Shown in pieces: positions 39,694-48,578 of a stretch of 64,000 nt of DNA (its first letter is position 1; each line of letters opens with the position of its first letter). The notes under the pieces were generated by a model. It did no database searches, had not been told where the DNA came from, and saw only the letters and a program-made list of their open reading frames with translations. Made by a program: the position numbers and the translations under genes. The stretch spans positions 1-64,000 of the forward strand of contig CBDDUX010000010.1 in NCBI GenBank assembly GCA_965234725.1, read 5' to 3'. This stretch comes from Thermoplasmatota archaeon. GTDB taxonomy: Archaea; Thermoplasmatota; Penumbrarchaeia; Penumbrarchaeales; Penumbrarchaeaceae.

Positions 39694-40383
39694 GTGGTGT
39701 ATTCGGAGTTGAAAGTGAGACCGCTTGTTGTTTTCGACATGGATGGTGTCCTTGTTGAGGATAGGAGCTCCTGGAGAAGGGTCCATGACCATGTGGGTAC
39801 CCAGAACGAGGATTCCTTCCAGGCGTATATGAACCGAGAGATCGATGATCTGGAATTCATGAGAAGGGACATCGGAAGGTGGGTGGAGAAAGCTCCTGAA
39901 ATTAGCAGAGATATGATCAAGAGAATACTTCTGGATTCCAGGAGGATGAAGGGATTTCCCGATATAACGATCGAATTAAAAAAGATGGGGGTCGAGACAT
40001 TGATCTTGAGCGGGGGGATCGACATCCTTGCTGACCATCTTGCTGAGGAAGGTGTGATCACTCATTCAATTGCAAACGGCATAGAATTCGATGAGGAAGG
40101 AATGCCCACCGGAGAGGGTATCTTGAGGGTGCCATTGAGAGACAAGGGTTCAGTTTTGGGTAGTTATATCCATGAGATGGGGCCATTCTCTCCAATCTTG
40201 ACTGTGGGGGATTCCATTGTTGATATCACCATGTTCAAGATCTCCGACGTTTCCATCGCTTTCAGACCCGAAGAGGAAGAGGTGGAACAAAGAGCGACAG
40301 AGATCGTGAAGGGGGGGAACCTCATGCTCGTGGAGGATATTATCATTCGTCACATCACTGAGACCCACAATAACCTTTTATGA
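39694..40383 (+). CDS. HAD-superfamily phosphatase (phosphoserine phosphatase-like)
   Basis: FDMDGVL, ILSGG, K, GDSIVD motifs. Confidence 0.85.
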   Translation: MVYSELKVRPLVVFDMDGVLVEDRSSWRRVHDHVGTQNEDSFQAYMNREIDDLEFMRRDIGRWVEKAPEISRDMIKRILLDSRRMKGFPDITIELKKMGVETLILSGGIDILADHLAEEGVITHSIANGIEFDEEGMPTGEGILRVPLRDKGSVLGSYIHEMGPFSPILTVGDSIVDITMFKISDVSIAFRPEEEEVEQRATEIVKGGNLMLVEDIIIRHITETHNNLL

Positions 40384-40442
40384 TTGAGTCGTGATATCCC
40401 TCAAAGTCCCTTAAGGGTCCCTTGGAGAGACCGGTGAGGATC

Positions 40443-40844
40443 ATGGTATCAAACAAGGAAGAACCCAGCAACGAGATAATAAGGTCAATCCTCGAAATGT
40501 TGGATGAGAAGTTCACCGATGAAAAATCGGTAACGGTTCAGAGGATATTCGACAAGTTCGCTACAAGATTGGTAAAAGGAAGGGACATAACCCTTTACCT
40601 TTACAACATCGGGGTCCTTGTTCCCAGAAGGGATAATGAGACCCCGAAGGATGCAAACCTCTGGAAGATCAACATGGAGAGGGTCCGGGATTTCCTGGAG
40701 AACGATGGCGCTCTTCTCGATTACAGATGTCCTCTCTGCGGTTCACAGACGATCTCCAAGAACTACAATTCATACAGGTGCACAAAATGCCTGTTCAAGG
40801 GAGACCTTCCCGAAAAACCGTTTCCAAGGATCAAGAAGAAGTAA
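40443..40844 (+). CDS. Putative wHTH plus zinc-ribbon protein (TFE-alpha-like architecture)
   Basis: LY.IGVL..RRD......WKINME...YRCPLC....YRCTKC; ATG 40443 after GGTGAGG. Confidence 0.55.
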   Translation: MVSNKEEPSNEIIRSILEMLDEKFTDEKSVTVQRIFDKFATRLVKGRDITLYLYNIGVLVPRRDNETPKDANLWKINMERVRDFLENDGALLDYRCPLCGSQTISKNYNSYRCTKCLFKGDLPEKPFPRIKKK

Positions 40845-40853
40845 ACTGGCTCT

Positions 40854-41327
40854 TCAGTCCTTCACCCTTTCAAATCCATAGTACCTGACTTTGAACCTGT
40901 TCCAGAAATCCTCCGGAACCGGGTCTTCAACTCCAATACCGAATGGGTGCTTGGACCTCTCCTCAATTGCCCAAACCTTCTCGGTCTCTCCCTTGTCCAT
41001 CCATACTCCCTTGCATTCGGGACACTGGTCCACATAGACACCGAAGACCTCATGAGTGGTCATCAACTCACGACAATCCGGGCAGAGCATTCCCTCTCCT
41101 TTCAATTTCCCGGTGATCTCTATCAGGAGCTCAAGGGTACCCTCATCATCGATAAGATCGTCAAGTTCGTTCCGGTCGAACCAGACACCACCGCAGTCCC
41201 AGCAATGGTCCAGGCGGACCCCTCCACGCTCGATCATATACAATCTGGAACCGCACCTGGGGCATTCCTTTCTGCTCTTAACACCATGCGGTACAAAGTC
41301 TTCGATCATGGGACCACTATTGTTCAT
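40854..41327 (-). CDS. Tandem zf-TFIIB-type zinc-ribbon protein
   Basis: Two CPxC...(L/V)DxCxxCxGVWxDxxE repeats. Confidence 0.85.
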   Translation of the reverse strand: MNNSGPMIEDFVPHGVKSRKECPRCGSRLYMIERGGVRLDHCWDCGGVWFDRNELDDLIDDEGTLELLIEITGKLKGEGMLCPDCRELMTTHEVFGVYVDQCPECKGVWMDKGETEKVWAIEERSKHPFGIGVEDPVPEDFWNRFKVRYYGFERVKD

Positions 41328-41370
41328 TGAGACTGGGATTACATATATCTTTGCTCATAGTTCCTGATTA

Positions 41371-42066
41371 TCATATCGCAGGAGAGATCGTGAAAAGGCC
41401 GTCCCTGTGATCCAGGGCAAACATGGAAGTGTTATGGTCCATACCTCTCATCTTGATGCATCTGATCCTTCTCTGAAGGTCTACCTCTCCAACAGGACTC
41501 AGTGTCAGCTGGAAAACACCGTCAGAGAGGAACTCCTCCTCCCCATACTCCATATCCAGGCTCTTCTTCTCAGATATCAGGATGGTTGTCGTCCCAAGAC
41601 CCCTCATCCATTCAAAGAGCTCGAAGAGGAACTTTCTCCTGTTCAACTCACCTGAAAGTATCTCAAGCACCGGAAGGGAATCTATCACCAGTAGCTCCGC
41701 ATTCCTTTTCTCCACCAGGTATTGGACATAGGACCTCAAAGCTTCCATCCAATCATTATCAGTCGAGAATTTGTCCATGGCAGCCCTTATCCTGCCAACA
41801 TCGGAAACAATGATGTGGTCCTTCGCCTTTCCTTCATGAGGACGGCCCATCCTTTCCTGCTGGGAAACGAGACTGTTCATGGATTGCTCAAGGAGGAGGA
41901 ATATCCCCATGGAGCTCTTCTCGTTGGCGGCCTTGTATAGAAGCGAATAAGCCATGGAGGATTTGTATGTACCTGGGGTCCCCGTCAATAGAACGATCGA
42001 ACCCTTCGGTACACCTCCCCCGATCTCTTCGTCCAGTCCCTTCACAGATGTGGAGATTAGCTCCAT
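41371..42066 (-). CDS. KaiC/RAD55-family single-domain ATPase
   Basis: STSVKGLDE.IGGGVPKG, GTPGTYKS, LVIDSL, TTILISE, EEFLSDG, KMRG..H. Confidence 0.88.
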   Translation of the reverse strand: MELISTSVKGLDEEIGGGVPKGSIVLLTGTPGTYKSSMAYSLLYKAANEKSSMGIFLLLEQSMNSLVSQQERMGRPHEGKAKDHIIVSDVGRIRAAMDKFSTDNDWMEALRSYVQYLVEKRNAELLVIDSLPVLEILSGELNRRKFLFELFEWMRGLGTTTILISEKKSLDMEYGEEEFLSDGVFQLTLSPVGEVDLQRRIRCIKMRGMDHNTSMFALDHRDGLFTISPAI

Positions 42067-42083
42067 TGGTCCCCTCCTGAAAT

Positions 42084-43574
42084 CTATTTGAACTTCCTTG
42101 AACGAATTGCATATCCGCCCAGCATCACCATTGAGATGAGGGCCAATAGTAACGATATGGATGCGATCATCAGGAAAATGTTTCCTCCATTATTTGTTCC
42201 GGAACCCTTGTCAGAGGAAAGGGATTCCTTCACATCGCCACCATCATCCGGCATTAACATCGAATTGTCAGTATCTTTTTCTTCAGCCATACCTTGGTCT
42301 CTGCCATCAGCGATGTTCGGATCCGGAATCTCAGGTGCACCACGGTACTGTCCATCGTCCGTATCGTCATCGACAGGTTCCCTTGGTAACAACGGGTCCA
42401 TCCCGGGATGATCGCTGAAGGGAGGCATCTGGCTTGCCATCTCAAGGACCTTGAACAGTATCTCTGTCATCTGGTCCGCAGGGAGGTCCATATCGAAGAC
42501 CACCGATTCCGGATTGCCGTCACTGTTGGTATCCAGCATCTCGATGGTCAGATCCGGCCTGTCATCTCCGTTCACCTCAGCGGTGATGATCAACTTCTCC
42601 GGATATCCATCACTGTTCCTGTCGGTGTATTCCATGTGGACCTTTATCCCCATTGGCTCTGGTCCCATCTTGAGAACCACCTTCATTTCCACAATAGGAT
42701 CTTCAACCGTAAGCCTGAAATCCTGAGTGAAGGGTTCGAAACCTTCATGAATGGCCTTCAGATGGTATGCACCCAGGGGAAGTTCCATCTTGAATGAACC
42801 TCTCTCATCGGTCTCTATCCAGATCTCCTTTTGGGGTCTATCGGATGAAATCGAGTTGATTTCCAGTGGTAGGATCAGGATCTTTGTATGTGGAAGAGGA
42901 TTTGCCTTTGGATCCATGGTCTTCCCGACGATCACTCCACCCCTTACCTCATTGTTCATTGAGGCCATCTTGATGGATAACCTTACGGGTTCTCCTCGGG
43001 GAACGGTGATCTCGCCCCTTACAGGTTCAAATCCTTTTGCCTCTGCATACCAGAAGTAATTCCCCGGATCCAGAAGTGCTTCGAACTGACCATCTTCGTT
43101 CGACCTGATCGATATCCCTTCAACATTTTCCATCTGGAAAGTGACCACACCAAGAATGCCTTTTCCCTCCTCGGAGACCAAATGTCCAAAGAGGTTGGAT
43201 TCTGGATGAATCTCGGTCTTCTCCATCTTGAATTCCACTCTGATAGGTTCCTTTTCAGGGACCAATACTCTTTCCTTTACCGAGCTGTAACCTTCAGACT
43301 CGATCAGAAGGTAGACCTCTCCGGGTGGGACAGAAGCCTTGAAGGATCCTTCCCTGTCGGTCTTCAATTCGTACTTGAAGCTGTCCTCCGGACCTCCATG
43401 CACCACAATGTAAGCCATGATCGGTGCCGAGGTTTCTGCATCGATCACCCTTCCAAAAAGATTGAATTCCAGATCCGAAGTTGGTGGTTTTTCCTGGGCA
43501 TTTGTGCCGTTCACAAGGGCCACAGTAAGTAAAAGGACGCCAAAAACAGCAGTTAAGAGAAGAGATGTCTTCAT
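42084..43574 (-). CDS. Secreted, C-terminally anchored protein with three carboxypeptidase-regulatory-like domains and DxNxDG Ca-binding-like loops
   Basis: Repeated G.V.D...TD..G.F...(V/L)P.G.Y.L....EG(Y/F); DRNSDGYPE, DTNSDGNPE; C-terminal TM. Confidence 0.75.
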   Translation of the reverse strand: MKTSLLLTAVFGVLLLTVALVNGTNAQEKPPTSDLEFNLFGRVIDAETSAPIMAYIVVHGGPEDSFKYELKTDREGSFKASVPPGEVYLLIESEGYSSVKERVLVPEKEPIRVEFKMEKTEIHPESNLFGHLVSEEGKGILGVVTFQMENVEGISIRSNEDGQFEALLDPGNYFWYAEAKGFEPVRGEITVPRGEPVRLSIKMASMNNEVRGGVIVGKTMDPKANPLPHTKILILPLEINSISSDRPQKEIWIETDERGSFKMELPLGAYHLKAIHEGFEPFTQDFRLTVEDPIVEMKVVLKMGPEPMGIKVHMEYTDRNSDGYPEKLIITAEVNGDDRPDLTIEMLDTNSDGNPESVVFDMDLPADQMTEILFKVLEMASQMPPFSDHPGMDPLLPREPVDDDTDDGQYRGAPEIPDPNIADGRDQGMAEEKDTDNSMLMPDDGGDVKESLSSDKGSGTNNGGNIFLMIASISLLLALISMVMLGGYAIRSRKFK

Positions 43575-43658
43575 GTGAACACCTAGCCTGAACATTCCTG
43601 GAGCATATATTAATAGCTGACCCTTATAATAATCCAAAATATACTATGAGGTGAATAT

Positions 43659-44111
43659 GTGGTTAAGGAAGGAGATATTGCACCTGAGATCATATTAAAA
43701 GACCAGAATGGAACCCTTATCAAGACGACCGATCTGACCGGAAAGGGGTGGCTTGTGATCTACTTCTATCCTAAGGATGATACTCCGGGATGTACCGCTC
43801 AAGCATGCACATTCAGGGACCATTACGAGGACCTTACTGATGCGGGAGCAACCGTTGTCGGGATCAGCTCTGATGATGTGGGATCACACAAGGATTTCTC
43901 CAGGCATCACGATCTACCCTTCACACTTCTGAGTGATACCGAAGGTGATGCAAGGAAAGCATTCGGAGTGCCGAGGTCAATGGGACTGCTTCCCGGAAGG
44001 GTCACCTACGTTATTGATAAAAAGGGGATCGTCAGAATGATATTCAATTCACAGTTGAGGAAAGCTGAACATGTTGAGAGGGTCCTCTCATTCATCCGAA
44101 AAGACAACTGA
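43659..44111 (+). CDS. bcp: Peroxiredoxin BCP/PrxQ
   Basis: YFYPKDDTPGCTAQAC.FRD, LPFTLLSD, PGRVTYVID. Confidence 0.92.
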   Translation: MVKEGDIAPEIILKDQNGTLIKTTDLTGKGWLVIYFYPKDDTPGCTAQACTFRDHYEDLTDAGATVVGISSDDVGSHKDFSRHHDLPFTLLSDTEGDARKAFGVPRSMGLLPGRVTYVIDKKGIVRMIFNSQLRKAEHVERVLSFIRKDN

Positions 44112-44273
44112 ATGATGATGAACTGAAAGCGCAAGATATATGAAAGTCCTCAAATATGAGGGGGTGTCCATGATCGCCCAAGAGGCGGTCCGATCCCATA
44201 TTCCCCCCAACTATTTGTTCCTGTATGGATAGGGGAAAAGGTCGTGACCCAGTCTGGACGGCAAGTGATCAGC

Positions 44274-45593
44274 ATGGATAGAAAAAAAGTAATAATCTTA
44301 GGTGCCGCCGGAAGGGATTTCCATAATTTCAATCTCTATTTCCGCAACAACGAGGAATATGAGGTTGTAACCTTCACAGCGACACAGATACCCGGGATCG
44401 ACGACAAGATGTACCCCCCTCAACTATCGGGAAAGCTCTATCCGAAGGGTATTCCCATAAGACCCGAGGAGGACCTCAAAGCCCTCGTAGAGGAATACGA
44501 TGTGGACATATGCGTACTGGCATATTCCGATCTGGCATACCCGGTGGTAATGAGAAAGGCTGCCCTGGTCAACTCCACAGGGGCGGATTTCATGCTCCTT
44601 GGTCCAAAGAAGACCATGGTGAAGAGCTCGAAACCGGTGATCGCGGTCTGTGCATCCAGGACCGGTTGCGGGAAATCCCAGACCACGAGATATATTGTGG
44701 AGCTCCTGAGAGACATGGGAAAGCAGTGTGTGGCCATCAGGCATCCGATGCCCTACGGAGACCTCGCGAAGCAGGAGGTCCAGAGGTTTGCGACCTATGA
44801 GGACCTTGATAGACAGGATTGCACTATCGAAGAGAGAGAGGAGTATGAACCTCATATCGACAGGGGCTCCATCGTCTATGCAGGGGTCGATTACGAGAAG
44901 ATCCTCAGACAGGCTGAGAAGGAGGCCGATGTCATCCTATGGGACGGAGGCAACAACGACATGTCCTTCATTGAACCGGATCTCCTCATCACTGTTGTGG
45001 ACCCGCTGAGACCTGGGGATGAGATCTCCTATTATCCAGGTGAAACGAACGTTCTGATGTCGGATGTTGTGGTCATCAACAAGATCGATTCCGCATATCC
45101 GGAGGATGTCGAAACAGTCAGGGATAACGTTAGGTCGATCAATCCGAATGCAGTGATCATCGATGCGGCATCTCCCATCTCTGTTGATGACCCTGATGCG
45201 ATCAGGGGAAAGAAGGTCCTTGTGGTTGAGGACGGACCCACAGTCACCCATGGAGGAATGGGATATGGTGCGGGTTATGTGGCTGCGGTGAAGTTCGGAG
45301 CTGGTGCAATTGTGGACCCCCATCCCTATGCAAAGGGATCGATTGTGGACACTTTCGAGAAATATGACCATCTTGAGGACATCCTTCCCGCAATGGGTTA
45401 CGGTGATGAACAGGTCAAGGACCTTGAGGAGACCATTAATGCCACCCCTTGTGACGTTGTGGTAACAGGTACCCCAATAGACATCTCCCGTGTGTTGAAG
45501 GTAAATAAACCCATCCTCAGGGTAAGATATGATCTGCAGGTCATAGGTAAACCGGACCTCAAGTCCGTGGTAGAGGGATTCCTTAAGAAGTGA
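44274..45593 (+). CDS. Arginine synthetase ArcE-like P-loop protein (cyclic 2,3-DPG synthetase superfamily)
   Basis: ILGAAGRDFHNFN, TATQIP, RTGCGKSQT, RHPMPYG, TIEEREEYEPH, WDGGNND, VVEDGPT.THGGM, LPAMGY. Confidence 0.82.
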   Translation: MDRKKVIILGAAGRDFHNFNLYFRNNEEYEVVTFTATQIPGIDDKMYPPQLSGKLYPKGIPIRPEEDLKALVEEYDVDICVLAYSDLAYPVVMRKAALVNSTGADFMLLGPKKTMVKSSKPVIAVCASRTGCGKSQTTRYIVELLRDMGKQCVAIRHPMPYGDLAKQEVQRFATYEDLDRQDCTIEEREEYEPHIDRGSIVYAGVDYEKILRQAEKEADVILWDGGNNDMSFIEPDLLITVVDPLRPGDEISYYPGETNVLMSDVVVINKIDSAYPEDVETVRDNVRSINPNAVIIDAASPISVDDPDAIRGKKVLVVEDGPTVTHGGMGYGAGYVAAVKFGAGAIVDPHPYAKGSIVDTFEKYDHLEDILPAMGYGDEQVKDLEETINATPCDVVVTGTPIDISRVLKVNKPILRVRYDLQVIGKPDLKSVVEGFLKK

Positions 45594-45608
45594 TTTGGAA
45601 TATCCCAA

Positions 45609-45649
45609 AAGAGGGGGTCCTTCGAGGGCCCTCCTCTTCTAATTTTTTT
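45609..45649 (+). terminator. Hairpin plus T-tract terminator
   Basis: AAGAGG-GGGTCCT-tcg-AGGGCCC-t-CCTCTT then TTTTTTT. Confidence 0.65.
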
Positions 45650-45886
45650 ACATTATCCAGAAGATCAAATGCCCTCTCGCTATATGGTTGTTCCATGGTG
45701 ATAGAAATGATCTTTTCTGAAGCTACCTTTGAAGTGTAAGATCAGAGTGAATAGGAAATGGGCAATTTGTCGATGCTCTACTTCACCATACATCTTTGAC
45801 CGATAAATTCCAAATATTTTGTTAATCATCACAAGTCATCAAGATATGCCGATATTATCTCCTGAAATGAAAAATACCGTATGGAA

Positions 45887-45962
45887 TTATATATGAGAAT
45901 GTCTTAAGAGCCCCGACTCCATGTCGGGGCAAGGGTTTGAGATCCTTCCCTGGAAGGAGGTG
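45887..45962 (+). promoter_or_regulatory. TATA box and structured leader of the RRM gene
   Basis: TTATATAT; GCCCCGAC/GTCGGGGC stem; mutually exclusive AAGGGT/ATCCTT versus TCCTTC/GAAGGA (covers the SD). Confidence 0.5.
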
Positions 45963-45968
45963 CTGAAC

Positions 45969-46235
45969 ATGAATATTTACGTAGGGAATCTCTCATACAA
46001 TATGGGAGAGACAGACTTGAAGGAGACTTTCGAAGAATACGGAGTTGTCGATTCCGCCAAGATCATCATTGACAGGACAACCAACAGATCCAAGGGATTT
46101 GGATTCGTTGAGATGCCTGATGATGAGGAGGCAAAGAAGGCCATATCCGAACTCAACGGGAAGGAGGTCCTCGGAAGACCGCTCAAGGTCAATGAGGCAA
46201 AGCCCCGTGAGGAAAGCAGAAAGTCCTTTTACTGA
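45969..46235 (+). CDS. Single RRM RNA-binding protein
   Basis: RNP2 IYVGNL, RNP1 KGFGFVEM, GRPLKVNEA; SD AGGAGGTG. Confidence 0.93.
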   Translation: MNIYVGNLSYNMGETDLKETFEEYGVVDSAKIIIDRTTNRSKGFGFVEMPDDEEAKKAISELNGKEVLGRPLKVNEAKPREESRKSFY

Positions 46236-46244
46236 TTGATGATC

Positions 46245-46350
46245 TTTGAAAGTGAACGGTGTTCAACTTTTCAAATTTCTGTGCTTGTATTTCGGTGTGA
46301 TTTGATTTCAACCGGGTTTCGTGGTGAAGGAACCGTCCCTTCACCACTTT
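46245..46350 (+). terminator. Two hairpins downstream of the RRM gene (terminator or 3'UTR structure)
   Basis: TTTGAAAGTGAAC/GTTCAACTTTTCAAA (46245-46275) and perfect GTGGTGAAGG/CCTTCACCAC (46321-46347) followed by TTT. Confidence 0.55.
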
Positions 46351-46449
46351 GTATTGTTCTGAACCATTCTTTCTTCTTCTATTTTCATCAATGATCTGTC
46401 TATATTCTGTTCCATATCCTGTATATATGAATCAGACCAATTACAACCC

Positions 46450-47754
46450 ATGACAGAAGAGAAGAGAAAGATAGCCATGGGCATAGGCATCATCGTTGTC
46501 TTACTTTCCGCATCGGTCCTCGGTTACGTTCTTCTGAGAGGAGATGACACCGGAAACAGAGGAGGTGACGGAGATCATCCGGTGGGAGAATGGACAGGAC
46601 CTTTTCTGGATGAGACAAACGCTACCGAGGATGGGATCTCTGACATAGTGGATGCAAACAACCAGTTCGGGATCGATGTACTCCAGAAGCTTGCAAAGGA
46701 AGAGGACGGGAATATATTCATTTCCCCATACTCGATCTTCACCGCACTTTCGATGACATACGAGGGGGCCAGAGGCAACACCGCTGATGAGATGGCGGAT
46801 GTACTTCATCTCCCGGATGACAACAAGGTACGATTGGGTTCATTTGCAAAGGTCCAGAATGACATCAACAATGGAAGCACTCAATACAATCTATCCACCG
46901 CAAATGCGATCTGGCCCCAGGAAGGGGGTAACTTCAAAGAATTGTTCATCAACGCGATCAAACAGTATTACTACGGCAAAGTACAGGAACTGGACTACGC
47001 CTCGGATCCCGAAGCCTCCAGGCAAACCATCAACGATTGGGTGGAGAACCAGACCAATGACAGGATCAAGGACCTGATCCCAAGCGGAGCAATCACCCCA
47101 ATGACATATATGGTCCTCACGAATGCCATCTACTTCAAGGGAGAATGGGTTTACGAATTCGACGAGGATGATACGGAAGAGGGGACCTTTCATGCACCCG
47201 ATGGTGATGTCCAGACCGACATGATGCATCTCAATGCAGGAGATGAGGACAAGCTCCCATATTTCGAGAACTCCAAACTGAAGGCTGTAGAGCTCCCTTA
47301 CAAAGGAGACGAGCTTTCAATGGTCCTGATCCTTCCAACGGAAGGAACCATTGATGAACTAGTATCCGGAATGGACCTGGAAATGATCGATGAGATCAAC
47401 AACGGTCTGGAACCTGAAGAAATGGATATAAATATTCCCAAATTCAAACTAAAGACCAAATACGGGTTGGTCCCGGTCATGAAGGAACTTGGAATGATCG
47501 ATGCATTCAAAAATGCCGACTTCTCTGGAATAACTGAGGACGTGGATCTCTTTATCTCGGATATCATCCACCAAACATTCATAGAGGTGGATGAAAAAGG
47601 TACAGAGGCTGCAGCTGCAACAGCTGTCATTATGAATTATGCTTCCGTATCCGGGTACAGTTTCAGAGCGGACAGCCCCTTCTTTTACATGATCAAGCAG
47701 AAAGAAACAGGGAATATACTTTTCATGGGAACTATGAAGGATCCAACAGCCTGA
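46450..47754 (+). CDS. Membrane-anchored serpin
   Basis: N-terminal TM; NIFISPYSI, INDWVENQT..RI, NAIYFKG.W, IPKFKL, EVDEKGTEAAAATAV, FRADSPF, ILFMG. Confidence 0.95.
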   Translation: MTEEKRKIAMGIGIIVVLLSASVLGYVLLRGDDTGNRGGDGDHPVGEWTGPFLDETNATEDGISDIVDANNQFGIDVLQKLAKEEDGNIFISPYSIFTALSMTYEGARGNTADEMADVLHLPDDNKVRLGSFAKVQNDINNGSTQYNLSTANAIWPQEGGNFKELFINAIKQYYYGKVQELDYASDPEASRQTINDWVENQTNDRIKDLIPSGAITPMTYMVLTNAIYFKGEWVYEFDEDDTEEGTFHAPDGDVQTDMMHLNAGDEDKLPYFENSKLKAVELPYKGDELSMVLILPTEGTIDELVSGMDLEMIDEINNGLEPEEMDINIPKFKLKTKYGLVPVMKELGMIDAFKNADFSGITEDVDLFISDIIHQTFIEVDEKGTEAAAATAVIMNYASVSGYSFRADSPFFYMIKQKETGNILFMGTMKDPTA

Positions 47755-47774
47755 ATGTTCCCTGTTCTTTTCAC

Positions 47775-48578
47775 TCACTCGAAAGGTCCTCTTGAGTATT
47801 CTTCATCAGATCTTTCCATGTCATCTTCCCTTTTCTCTTTCCTTGGTTTCCCGAAAGGTTCTGCTTTCGGGCCTTTGACCTTTGGGAATGAAGTGGACTG
47901 GTCATCATCTTCAGATGATCCTTCCGATCCACTAACCGTTTTCATCTTCCGGCCTTTTACGACTGCATAGATGATTATGCCAATGATAATAACAGGCAGG
48001 ACCAGGAAGATGCAGAGGGCAAAGAAGGGTGCCGATCCAGCGGAATCCGGTGATCCAAAACCATAGGATAGTTCATTATCGGAGGTGTCATCGTCACCAC
48101 TGGTTTTATAATCAGAGGCCATTCCAACTCCTTTCAGGTCAACGGTTCCTGATCCCCTTATAGTTAGCTTCCCGTCCTCGAATACAAGGAGCTCGATGCG
48201 GTAGGAATCGTTGTTGGGAACCGAAATGAAAAGTTCTCCCTCGGAAGTTGTCTTTCCCAAGATGTTTCCCATCGTTACCGAATCCTCGTCCCTTGCCAGA
48301 TTGGAATCTGTCTCAACGGCGAAGGCCCTTACCTTTACCTCATCGATATCTCCCTTGCCTTCATTTGTAAGGAAAACCAGGATCTTGAGGTCGCTATCTT
48401 TTCCTCCCAGGTCCGTTGTCGGGCTGAAATAGACCTCGTCTACTATCAGGTCCGTCCCTTTCTCTGCCTCGATCTGGCTTACGAAATATGCCAGGAGAGA
48501 GGCAATTACAATGACGATTATGAAGGCAATATACCACCATTTGTTCCTGATCAGCTCATCTCTCAGCTTCCCCTTCAT
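47775..48578 (-). CDS. Membrane-anchored Ig-like hypothetical protein (paralog of 48575-49177)
   Basis: V.EVYF...VF.TN.G....RAFAV..D.N.A.D...YR.ELLVF.D.K.T..G.G.VDL shared with its neighbour; ATGA overlap. Confidence 0.75.
   Translation of the reverse strand: MKGKLRDELIRNKWWYIAFIIVIVIASLLAYFVSQIEAEKGTDLIVDEVYFSPTTDLGGKDSDLKILVFLTNEGKGDIDEVKVRAFAVETDSNLARDEDSVTMGNILGKTTSEGELFISVPNNDSYRIELLVFEDGKLTIRGSGTVDLKGVGMASDYKTSGDDDTSDNELSYGFGSPDSAGSAPFFALCIFLVLPVIIIGIIIYAVVKGRKMKTVSGSEGSSEDDDQSTSFPKVKGPKAEPFGKPRKEKREDDMERSDEEYSRGPFE

Noticed and set aside
43024-43034. GGTTCAAATCC T-loop-like motif suggesting a tRNA
   Set aside because: Inside a CDS; no acceptor, D or anticodon stems around it
44108-44126. 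CTGA-ATGATGA-tgaa-CTGA as a box C/D sRNA
   Set aside because: Only 4 nt between the C-like and D-like boxes and no properly spaced upstream C box, so no guide region
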